Part shown: positions 35,042 to 45,266 of the stretch, piece after piece
Layout of the letters: every line of letters begins with the position of its first letter
Numbering within the stretch: position 1 is the stretch's first letter
Program-made: the position numbers and the translations under genes
Source: Prorocentrum cordatum
Taxonomy: Eukaryota
Length of the DNA: 53,308 nt
Direction of reading: 5' to 3'
Assembly (NCBI GenBank): GCA_963575745.1
Contig: CAUYUJ010000328.1
Location: forward strand, 62,001-115,308
Notes under the pieces: model-generated
What the model was told of the DNA's origin: nothing
Seen by the model: the letters and a program-made list of their open reading frames with translations, nothing else
The model's database searches: none

Positions 35042-35054
35042 GGCTCCGCTACCA
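35042..35054 (-). promoter_or_regulatory. Primer binding site, initiator tRNA-Met type
   Basis: TGGTAGCGGAGCC 1 nt after the 5' LTR; complementary to a tRNA ending ...GCUACCA (A1:U72, an initiator hallmark; compare Ty1 PBS TGGTAGCGCC). Confidence 0.85.
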
Positions 35055-35055
35055 A

Positions 35056-35341
35056 TCTGATTACTAGAGCTCGTCCTCTAGATCGTTCACGCTGGTGACG
35101 ACGAGGAGGAGCAAGAGAAAGTATGTGTCGATGTCAATTATCGTGATAATTGTCCGTGAACACCTTTTGTCCACAATATGAACGGCCGCGCTGTAGTGTG
35201 CGCGGTCTGCCTGGCACGGCCAGGCTCTGTCAGAAAGAGTCCCGCCCTCCCTCGCCTTGAGCCGAGGGTGGCGGCGAAACGGACAGGGCAGACGGGCAGG
35301 AGGCAGCTGCTGCTCAAGCTTACTCCTGCGTAGCATTCAGA
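35056..35341 (-). repeat. 5' LTR (286 bp)
   Basis: Direct repeat of 27209-27494. Confidence 0.95.
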
Positions 35342-35712
35342 TCCGGGGTCCCAAGACCGTGCGGTGACGGACCGTGCGGTGAGGTCTTGGGGGAGTTCGA
35401 GGTCACCGCACGGTCTGTCACCGCACCGTTTCGGGACTCCAAATTGGAGCCCGGCGAGGGCCCCGATGCTCTCCTCCTCCTCCTCCTCCTCCTCCTCCTC
35501 CTCCTCCTCCTCCTCCTCCTCCTCCTCCTCCTGCTCCCAGGACGCCGAAACAAGGAACAGCTTGGGCTCGGAAGGGGCCCGATGCTCCTCCGAGGGGGAG
35601 TCCCTCCAGGGCTGGTTTTCTGGCGCTCCTCGCCCACGCAGTCGCCCTTGGGGCCGAGGGAGGGGCTTCGTTCATCCAGCGTTGAGTCGGGCACGTCCCT
35701 CGACGGCAGGAA

Positions 35713-36340
35713 TCCCGCTTGAACTTCGGGCCCCTGGGGCGTTCGTCCTTCGGGACGACACTTCTTGGGCTCACTCTGCTCTTCCTCCCCCCCACTATCC
35801 ATCTCCCTTCTCTGGGTGGATATGAATACACATGGCTCATTTCTAATTCTTCGAAGTTCTTCTGATTTTTCTGGAGGCCGAGATCCTGTCATTTCTAACT
35901 GTTCTGTCCTGGGCCTCTTCCTGGCCACTAGGGGGCCAGGAACAATTAGAAACTAGCACAATTCGAAATGAGCACGATTAGAAAGGAACGAGGTGCACAT
36001 TGTTACCACACCTCGTTGCAGTCCTTATATCCCGAAAGGTGGGCGGCAGTTCCTCTCAAAACGGAGCTCCCGCTTGAACTTCGGGCCCCTGGGGCGCTCG
36101 TCCTTCGGGGCGACACTTCTTGGGTTCACTCTGCTCTTCCTCTTTCTCCCCATTATCCATCCTCTTGAACTGGGTGGATATGAGTACACATTGCTCATGT
36201 CTGATTCTTCGAAAGTTCTTTGATTTTTGGGGGGCCAAGATCCTGTCATTTCTAATTGTTCTGTCCTGGGCCTCTTCCTGGCCACTAGGGGGCCAGGAAC
36301 GATTAGAAACGAGCACACTTGGAAATAAGCACGATTAGAG
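35713..36340 (+). repeat. Diverged tandem duplication, ~355-bp period
   Basis: tcccgcttgaacttcgggcccctgggg...ccactagggggccaggaac...ttagaaac at about 35713-35982 and 36069-36340. Confidence 0.8.
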
Positions 36341-36984
36341 ATGAACGACGTGTACACGCTTCTGCGAGAGCATGATTTTGACGCGGAGCAGCTCCTGGTT
36401 GATTGCTCGCGCTGCGGATGCAGGCGCACGGGGGCCGTCTGCAAGAGGCCTTCGCGAGGAGAGCGGGGTGTGCTGAGACACCCCGGCGCTTGCCACCCTG
36501 GCCCCAGTCCCGCGCCAAGGCCGCGCTCCTGCCCGGCGGGGGGTGCCTGCACATGGTCCCCCCAGTTTCCCCTCTTCCTCATTCGACAGTGAGATCGGTA
36601 GTGAGATCGATAGTTAACCATCGGCCTGGAACCAATGATCAGGAACCCGGGAACCCGGAACCCGGGAACCAATGAGATCCGTAATGAATTCGACACGCGC
36701 TGCGTGCAGCTCTGCTGCTTCGCCGTGGCGCCCAGGAGAGGCTTCGGGGACGGTGCTGCCTCCTTCTCGTCGCCCCTGCTGCCCCCGCCTTTGCGGCAGG
36801 GAGGATCAGGCCACCGACGCTCCACTGGAAGGAGGGAAAAAAGCACACACAGACACAATTCATCGTCGATCCCCCCGGAAAATGTGGGAAAATATTGCAA
36901 GTCGGTGGGGGGGGGGGTCGCGACGACCAGCATCACTTCCCAGCCGCCCCCCCCGCCCCCACCCCCACCCTCCGCTCGGACGGC

Positions 36985-37270
36985 CCCCCAGGAGGCCCCA
37001 GGAGGCCCCAGGAGGCCACAGGAGGCTCCAGGATGCCCCGTGAATTCCCAGGAGGTCCCAGGAGGCTCCAGGAGGCCCCGTGAATTCCCAGGAGGTCCCA
37101 GGAGGCTCCAGGAAGCACCAGGACGCCCCAGGACGCCCCAGGAGGCTCCAGGAGGCCCCAGGAGGCCCCAGGAGGCCCGAGAAGGAGGTCCCTGGAGGCT
37201 CCAGGGGGCCCCAGAAGGCCTCAGTATGCCCCAGGAGGCTCCAGGAGGTCCCAGGAAGCCCTAGGAACCC
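36985..37270 (+). repeat. (GGAGGCCCCA)n 10-bp minisatellite; reverse-orientation relative at 52745-52845
   Basis: Direct reading. Confidence 0.9.
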
Positions 37271-38188
37271 CTCAAACGGTCAGGAACGCCCTCCACAGAA
37301 AGGCTCCCAAGACACCCCATGCCCCCCAAGACACCCATCATACGGCCCAAGAAGCACAACAAAAAACGCAGGAGCCTTCTGCAGCTCCCGAGCAATCACA
37401 TCTCTCCGTTTACTCATATTCATTATTATATTCCTCTTCCCCTGCCTCCTCCACGTCCTCCTCCTCCTCCTCCTCCTTTTCCTCCTCCTCCTCCTCCTCC
37501 TCCTCGTCCTCCTCCTCCTGCCCATCCTCCTCTACCCCATCCCCCTCCTCCTCCTCCTCCACCTCCACCATCCTCCCCCTCGTCCTCATCGAAGTCGGCC
37601 CGCCCGCCCAGCGCGCGAGGCTGGTGCGACGCGGCAGCGGGGCGGCGCGGGCGGCAACGCGGTGAATCCCCGGCACGCCCACCCAGTTCCAGAGAAAGCC
37701 AAGTAATAATACAGAAGTGCAATCATTGATTGGTTGATATCGGTAAGCACGCGGCAACGAGGCGAAGCTGGCGGCAACGTGGCAAATCTTCGGCACGCCA
37801 ATACAATTCCTTATTGGGCCAAGTAGGACCACCTGAACGCATGCCTTGCCAAATAACACGCAGGCATACGATACTGTCGATGGTAATATATGCGTATTCT
37901 TACATGTAGGAATCTGTACAAACCCAACATACTTATATATACGTATACACACCTATACGTATATACAACACTATAGATATGAATATGTATATATATATAT
38001 ATACATATATATACATATATATATATATATATAATAATAATAAATATAGGTGTGAATATGTGTATGTATGTAGTCGGAGTATATGTTTACTGTGATCTGT
38101 ATTTTTCCCCGCGCCCCCCCTCCTCCGCCCCTCCTCGCCCCAATGCTTTTTTCTGGGTGAAACCGGACAGAGCAGCTGCGCGCGACGA

Positions 38189-40395
38189 TCACCTGTACTT
38201 GTATTTCTGCTTAAGTGCCTTGACCATCTGGGCCCGCGCCTTGCGGATTCCGTCGACGTGGGTGCGGTAGAAGTGTGAGTCTGGAAGGGTCTTCTTTCCC
38301 CGGCGCTTGCGCCTCTTAGTGAGCAGCCGACGGTGTTCGCATATGCCGTATTCCACGAGATCGTAGCTCAGGAGACTGGCGAGGTCGACCTTGCACAAAT
38401 GGCTCGCCACTTTCCGCCGCGCCTCCCCGTGGAGGTCCCGCCCTGCAATTTCCAATCGTTGCCGCGTGGTTGTCCCGGGTTGCCCCGCCGGTGTCCCGCG
38501 GTGGCCCTGCGGCCGTCCTGTTGCTGACCCGTGGTGGCCCGCGGCGCCTCGGAAGGGCATCGGCCACCTGAATAACGAAACTGCTAATGGCGAGCACCCG
38601 AAACATGACTTCACAAGCGACCACAGCCTGCGCGTGCTGAGCAGCAGGCACGGAAGCTTTGACGGCCATGGCGTTCAGCTCCTGGTCGAACTTGGAGCCC
38701 TTACGAGGCCGTTTGGCTGCGCTCTCACGAGGCGCCTCGTCGTCGGTGGCCTCGTCGTCGGCGTCTTGGGCCTGCTCCACGTCGGCCGCCCCCGCCGCTG
38801 CAAGGCCCGCGGGCTGATGCTTCGCCAGCGCCGCAAGCGCCAGCGGCACCATCCCTGGCCCAGCGCAGGACGGCGTGACGCGCGGTCGTGGGACACGTGA
38901 GAAGTACGAGGCGTGGAACCGATCCAATATCATTTTGATCTGGTACGCATGGAACGATGATCCGCGAAGCAAGTAGATTGACTACGCGAGCCCCGCCTGG
39001 GGCGCACGGGCATGCAGTTCCAGTGTTCCGAGCCGCGCCCTCGGCTAAAAGCAAACAAAACCTCCTCGGCATCCTCGACTCATCGGCATTCGCTCTCCAC
39101 CTCCTCCCCCTCCTCATCCTCCTCTTCGTTAAGCAAACAAATTCTCCTTATCCACATATGCATCCTCCGACGCACGCGCGTCTGCGTTCATTTATTCACA
39201 CATATAAATTGTTTTTTTTTATATAGTGTTATTTATCGTTCAGTGTTTATGTATAATTATATATGAATATATGAATATATATATATATATATATATATTC
39301 ATATATATATACATATATACAGATACTATATGCTAGATATGATATATACTGTACTAGAAGCACCGTGGGAATATCTAAATACGCACAACACCTTGCAAGC
39401 TTTTTAGTCGCATCGCGGCAGAAACTCCCCGCACGCGCGTCCGAGCCCCGCTGGGCCCACCTCGCACGCACAACACCTTGCAAGCTTTCTAGTCGCATCG
39501 CGGCAGAAACTCCCCGCGCGCGCGTCCGAGCCACGCTGGGGCCACCTCGCCTGGCAACGCATGGACATCAAGGAACCCATGCGAAACCAGATGGTAAACC
39601 ATCACAAACTTGGCATATGAAGGAACGCCTGAGTCCCGCGGCTGCGACGGAAGTCAGTGGATCAAAATTCAATACGACGTCGTAAAAGGACGATACTGAA
39701 TGACGTTCCAAGCCCCGCACTATGCCCCCTGCGTACACGCCCAGACGGGCAGCCACCGTGTTCTTGACGCTCGTTTTCGACACTTTGACTGGCGGGCACA
39801 GGTAACCAGTCCTTGGGTTCTTACCGAGCGTGTAGGAAGCCTGCTCCATAGCTTTCTGGAGCCGTTCTTCTTGAGAGCCCTCACTGACCATGTTGCTTAA
39901 TATCCGTGGGATCGATTCAAGTTGAGATGCGCGCGTGTCATTAAAGCGCAGACCCGCATATTTCTGTAAAGTGAGCTCGAAGTGCGTGGATTCGTTCAGC
40001 ACGCGCCTGGCAATTCCAGCACCCAAAGCCACGGCGCAAACATCTTGAGTACGGATCACAGGTTGGAGACACACGTCCATGGCCGATAACTCAAAGGGGA
40101 GGGTGTTCCACTTGAGATCGTCCCACCATGTGTCACAACCAGCACGCTGAGCTGTGATCGGTAAGAAGTCGTTGCAAAACTGTTGCAGTGTGATGTCAAC
40201 TCTGGATGTGGGGATCTTCCGACGTGCAAGCCCGAATGCGCTTCTGATGAAAGATCGGGGCAACACAGACTGGCCATGAAGGCCTGCGATTGTCGCCACC
40301 AGCTTCATCACTATCATCGTCATGATCTCATAACCAAGCTCATTAATCTGGTCCCCTGGTGTTACACGATGCTCCTCGTAGAATAAAGAAGACAT
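38189..40395 (-). CDS. Multi-exon gene resembling the 5-hmdU DNA kinase helical domain (aG/PT-pyrophosphorylase clade 1); possibly disrupted
   Basis: Exons about 40395-39629, 39550-39477, ~38981-38568, ~38422-38189; ordered motifs TSRVD..LQ, LNESTHFEL, TGYLCPP, FHAYQI, AGPG, YDLVEYGICEHRR; exon 2/3 junction phase unresolved. Confidence 0.55.
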
Positions 40396-42429
40396 CGCGT
40401 GCTGTGCACAAGTGGCCCGTCGACAAGGTGGCGAAGCCAAAACTGAGAGGGCTAACACGAGCACCTCGGGGAGTCTGAACCACAATGGTTGGCGGAAGAA
40501 CGAAGCAGGAATGAGAAATCAAGGAGGAGGATGACAAGGATAATGAGGATGAGGATGGGGAGGAGGATGGGACGGAGAAGGGAAGATGAGGAGGATTAGG
40601 ATGATGAAACGCACGAGGGAGATAAGGATGATAATGAAGGGGGTGATGATGAGGAGGAGGAGGACACGGAAGAGGGATGATGAGGATCATGTGGATGGGG
40701 AGGAGGATGAAACGGAGGAGGGAAGATAAGGACGATGATGATGAGGATGATGATGAAACGGGGCAGGGAAGATGAGCATGATGAGGGCGACGGGGAGTAT
40801 GATACGGAGGGGGGAAGATGATGATGATGAGGAGGAGGATGAGGATGGGGAGGATGAACCGGTGGAGGGAAGATGAGGATGATGGGGGTAATGATGGAGG
40901 AGATTGAAACGGAGGAGGGAAGATGGGGATATTGAGGGTGAGGGGGAGAAGGAAAAGGAAAATGGAACGGGATGATGAGGATGGGGATGAGGAGGATGAA
41001 GCGGAGGAGGGAAGATGAGGAGGATGAGGAGGAGGTTGAAACGGAGGGGAGAAGATAAGGACGATGAGGATGAGGATGGGGAGGGGGAGGAGGAGGAGGA
41101 GGGTGAGGGGGAGGATGGGGGTACTGAGGGTACTGATGACGCGGGAACGCGAGAGGCTAGCCAATGCTATCCTCCTCATTCCTATCCACCGAAAGGTTCT
41201 CCCGACGGCGTTGGTCATTCTCCCAAGCAACAGGCGCCTCGGAGGTAGCGACACCGTCCAATTTAGCAATCTGTTGGGGTGACAAAGTCGGAAGCTCAGC
41301 GATTGCTGAAGTGAGCTGAGGAACCTACAGGGCCGCAGCAGGAGCCTCTACAGCAACGCTGATAGGACCCATATCCCCACTAGAACCCCTCCCAACAGGC
41401 TCATTGCCAAGCCGAAGACCCCAAACAGCCTTCGTCTCACCCGTCCGCCGAAACGGAGTGCCCACAGTGGCCTCGACGATGGAGTGGTCTCTGAACACCC
41501 ACGGGGCCTCAGAAACCTGGAAGAAATCCCTGGGGACAGGATGAGGTGGTTGCGGGGCAGGAGGCGGAGGCGGAACGAAGGGGGGCCCGAAACCCCCACG
41601 GTGCTGGGACCCCGCTCGAACGGTTGCACCCCTGCTTGCTCGCATGCCTCCACAAGGACCTATGCATCGCCGAATTGAATATACCAGAAGGGGGGTGAGG
41701 GAGAAGTAGAAGAGGGATGGGAGGAGAAGGCGTAGGGGGAGGAAGAAACGGAGGACGACGACAAGTAAGAGGAGGGAGAGCGACGATCGACAACAAACGC
41801 CCCGATACCCCTTCATCCTAGCCCCCAAACACATGGCATGGCGGCGGGATGGGTAAAGCTGCCAAGGACACAGGGAGCGTGCAAAATATGCCCGGGATCG
41901 AGAAACATCCGTAGACGGGATGCTTCCAAAAGTTTGGAGCTGACCACATGGAGGGCGCAACGGACAGATCTCATTGACGACTCATGGAAATCACCCAGAA
42001 ATCGAGGCACCCTTTTGTTCAATCACGCTGCCATGTATAAGCGCCCCCGTGCATGATGTAGTGTTTTTTACGTATGGAAGTGACAGAACAAGCATTGCAA
42101 ACACTTCAACATGTTTCTAGATTTTTGTCATGCCGATGTCCTTGCTTTCCCCTGCAAAAAACACGGTATTCGGCGCGCGACCGATTCTATGTGGCAGCGT
42201 GATTGAACAAATCGGCTCCCTAGTTCTCGTTGTTTTTCTTGACAATATGGTGCATTCTGCTTGCGGCCTGGCCTTCTGGTGTCTCTGGGGGGGGGGCTGT
42301 GTGAGCTCATCACTATGTCAACATTAATAGATGCATGCATGCTTAACCGTACGCAATTGTGTAACATGTTTACGTATATATGTAAACAGTATCATGCATA
42401 CATACATGACTTTATATATGATATATGAC

Positions 42430-42465
<36 letters not shown>

Positions 42466-42765
42466 CATACATACACATACATGAATATACGTGCATACAC
42501 AACTAAAATATATAAATATATACACATACGAACACAGATGTCGGCTCTTTGTAAATATACACATGTACGCATGCACACACATGTGGCCATACACACACGG
42601 TCACAAGTATGCATACACACGCCATCATTCGCTGGCCCACGTCTGCGACAAGGGTAGGGCAACGCAACGTGATGCACCACGCGCGGACGCATGGATGTGG
42701 AGTGGATTTTTCGGCGCCTCAATGACCGCTCCCCCGCGGCTGCCCACTGCAATAGACTATAGTGT

Positions 42766-44814
42766 CTACGTGCGCCTCTTCTTCGTTGAGAGGTCGAAGA
42801 CCGACATCCGCTCCCCTGCGCCAGCAGTAGCCTTGATGTGCTGGTACACTGCCGCCTGCTGCGAGGACGGCCCCTGGCGGCGCCGCGCGGGCACTGGCGG
42901 CGCCGCCTCGCATGCAATGCAAGTCTGCGGGGCGGCCAAGTGGGCGCCCCACTCGGTGCCCCCGAAAATTGTCGCGGACATTGCCGTGAATGGGCGCATG
43001 TCCGCATGCCGCGCTCGCACCGTCGTGCGGGTCGATAAGGCGCGCTGCGCCATGGCCAGCTCAGCAGCGCCCCACGTGCTCAGCTCGGCGGCGAACACTC
43101 TCTCGCTGACAGTGATCACATTGTGGAAGCACGCCTTCAAGCACGAATGCACCTGCTCGTTGCGCGTGGTGCCCGTGCCGAGCAGCGCGTTTTCGCTGGG
43201 AGTCAGCCGCGCCCTGTAGCGCAAATTGTTGAACAGCCACTCGCAGCGGTTCGGCTGGCAAGCCGCGATGAACTGCTCCCGCAGCGTCGTCTTGCTGTAC
43301 CTCGCGTCGAGGCGCTCTGGGTATACGACGACGAGCGCCGCGAGGAGCCCGCAGAACTCAGCCCGCGTCTTCATGGGGCGGCTCGGGTCCATCTCCTTCA
43401 GCGTCTTAGTGGCCCTTGCTAGACTGATGTCCCCGTCCACGATGTGCTGGACGCGCGTGCGCTCGGCGGCCGTCTGCTGCGGCGGGTTGGTGCCGTCGAA
43501 CATGACCTCATGCCGCCTGGTCGTGTCCCGCACCGAGAACTTGCCCATGATGGCCCTGAGCACCAGGCCGACAACGGTGGGGCGGACCTTCATGCGTCTG
43601 GCCAAGTGCCGATCGGCCGCGAAGGCTAAGTGCATCGGGTCCAAGCTGATGCCGATCACATTCGGGAACATCCCACGCATCTCAAGCAAGACTTTCTGGT
43701 TGGTCACGTCCAGCGCCACGTGCTCGACCTTGCTCCTGTAGGCCATTGGGACTGCCTGATCGGCAGCGCCGCCGAACGAATCCGGCCTCTCCGCGTATGA
43801 CGGCGTCAGCGCCAAGACCTCCCCGTGAAACCCGAGCACTGTGATCACGTTGTGCTTATCCAAGCTACTGCGCCCAACCACTTTGAATGCGATTTTGTAC
43901 GTGGCGTCGAGCGACAGCGACCGGAAGCCGCCCAGCGGCGCGAGGCTCGACTTCAGCTGGCCGACGAAGTTCTTCATCGCGAGAGACTCCATCACGTCAC
44001 ACGCAAGCGCCGTCATAGTCGACGAGTGTCGGTTGGCCAGCTGCGTGACCTGGCAACCTTTCTCCAGCCACGCTGAGGAGAGTGCTCGAAAAGCCACGTG
44101 GTATACGCCGCCTGCGTCCAGCAGCTTCCTCGCGCACGCGTTCGCGAACCCCTGCGTGTAGCAATGGTTCTCCAGGCGCCTGCAATCCTCCAACCGCGGG
44201 TCGCCGAGTGCCCAGAATGCGGGGCCGTCGGCAGTGAACACGAGCGACACGTTGACGTCGCGGTTGCCCATGACGGTGTAGATCGACGCCCGCGCACCGC
44301 GCTGCGCGGAAAAGCCGACCCATTCGCAAATCATCTTCTTCGCCCGAGAAGCGTAGTTACCGAGCGCGGATCCACCCGTCAGCACGTCGTGGTCGTGCAA
44401 GGCGCGGATGATGGCCGCGATCTTGGGATGCGTCACCCACGTCTCGTCGTCCTCCATCGTTGCGGACAGGCACAACTTCCCAGACACGTGGAGCCTCGCG
44501 TGGTCACGCGCGCACCTCCTGCGAGTGACCGCTAGGCCGCAGAATGGGCACTCCAATCCGTCCTCGCCCTCCCCCACATCACCGTCTGTGAGCTTGCGAA
44601 GCCACTCCGTCGCCTCCTCCTTCATGAGCGCGACGATGTCTCCGTGCCTGGCCTTCTTCACGCTCACCTTCCTCATGGGCGGCATCTTGGTCGCCCGCGC
44701 GGCCGCGCCAGCGGGCTTCCTGGCGGCGTTCTTGCCGGCTGGTTTCTTGACCGCGCAGCGCGCCCGCGTCGCAGGCGCGGCTGCTGGCCGCCGCGCAGCG
44801 CGCTGGAGCCCCAT
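42766..44814 (-). CDS. MULE/Mutator-superfamily DDE transposase with an N-terminal C2H2-like finger
   Basis: SLDATYK (D1), VALD (D2), LDPMH (C/DxxH), TTRNEQVHSCLK (E); CPFC...H...H; basic KKPA/RKPA N-terminus; start chosen at ATG 44814 (frame open to 45111). Confidence 0.8.
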   Translation of the reverse strand: MGLQRAARRPAAAPATRARCAVKKPAGKNAARKPAGAAARATKMPPMRKVSVKKARHGDIVALMKEEATEWLRKLTDGDVGEGEDGLECPFCGLAVTRRRCARDHARLHVSGKLCLSATMEDDETWVTHPKIAAIIRALHDHDVLTGGSALGNYASRAKKMICEWVGFSAQRGARASIYTVMGNRDVNVSLVFTADGPAFWALGDPRLEDCRRLENHCYTQGFANACARKLLDAGGVYHVAFRALSSAWLEKGCQVTQLANRHSSTMTALACDVMESLAMKNFVGQLKSSLAPLGGFRSLSLDATYKIAFKVVGRSSLDKHNVITVLGFHGEVLALTPSYAERPDSFGGAADQAVPMAYRSKVEHVALDVTNQKVLLEMRGMFPNVIGISLDPMHLAFAADRHLARRMKVRPTVVGLVLRAIMGKFSVRDTTRRHEVMFDGTNPPQQTAAERTRVQHIVDGDISLARATKTLKEMDPSRPMKTRAEFCGLLAALVVVYPERLDARYSKTTLREQFIAACQPNRCEWLFNNLRYRARLTPSENALLGTGTTRNEQVHSCLKACFHNVITVSERVFAAELSTWGAAELAMAQRALSTRTTVRARHADMRPFTAMSATIFGGTEWGAHLAAPQTCIACEAAPPVPARRRQGPSSQQAAVYQHIKATAGAGERMSVFDLSTKKRRT

Positions 44815-45266
44815 GGCTCGGCGCGAGGGCGCGCGGGGGCGGGTGGGCGTCGCTTGTGCGCGAGCGAGCCTCGAGCCCAAATATGGCCGCGGGAAGGGGG
44901 CGCGCGCGGCAGTCCGCCGAGCCTCGAGGGCGGCGACATCGGCCCATGCATGCAATGTCGCCATCCCGAACAGACTATCGGGGCTCGCAGACGGGGCAAA
45001 GACAGGCGGGCGAAGATTTTCCGCCTGCTCTCCGCTGGGGCCGACTCTCCCCGAGCCCGACAACCCCGCGGCGACTACCCAGTGCATCCGACCGTCGCGC
45101 TCACAAGCCAACCAATGGCCACTGCCCTAGTCTAGTGTCATCAACTCACCCCGACACCCTGGCCTCGCCCGAGCCCGCGGGCGCCCCCGCGCCCCTCACG
45201 GCTCCGCCTACACGGGGAGGTCGGCCGCCCGCTCCCCCGACCACTCTGTTCGGCGCCCTTGCCCGA

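Larger units (their letters stand above)
27209..35341 (-). mobile_element. Full-length Ty1/copia LTR retrotransposon
   Basis: Two LTRs, 5-bp TSD TCCGG (27204-27208 and 35342-35346), PBS, gag-PR then IN-RT-RH domain order. Confidence 0.97.

Noticed and set aside
26345..35628. Outer pair of LTRs around the copia element
   Set aside because: The ~145-bp matches belong to a dispersed repeat with a third copy at 20612; no PBS or TSD
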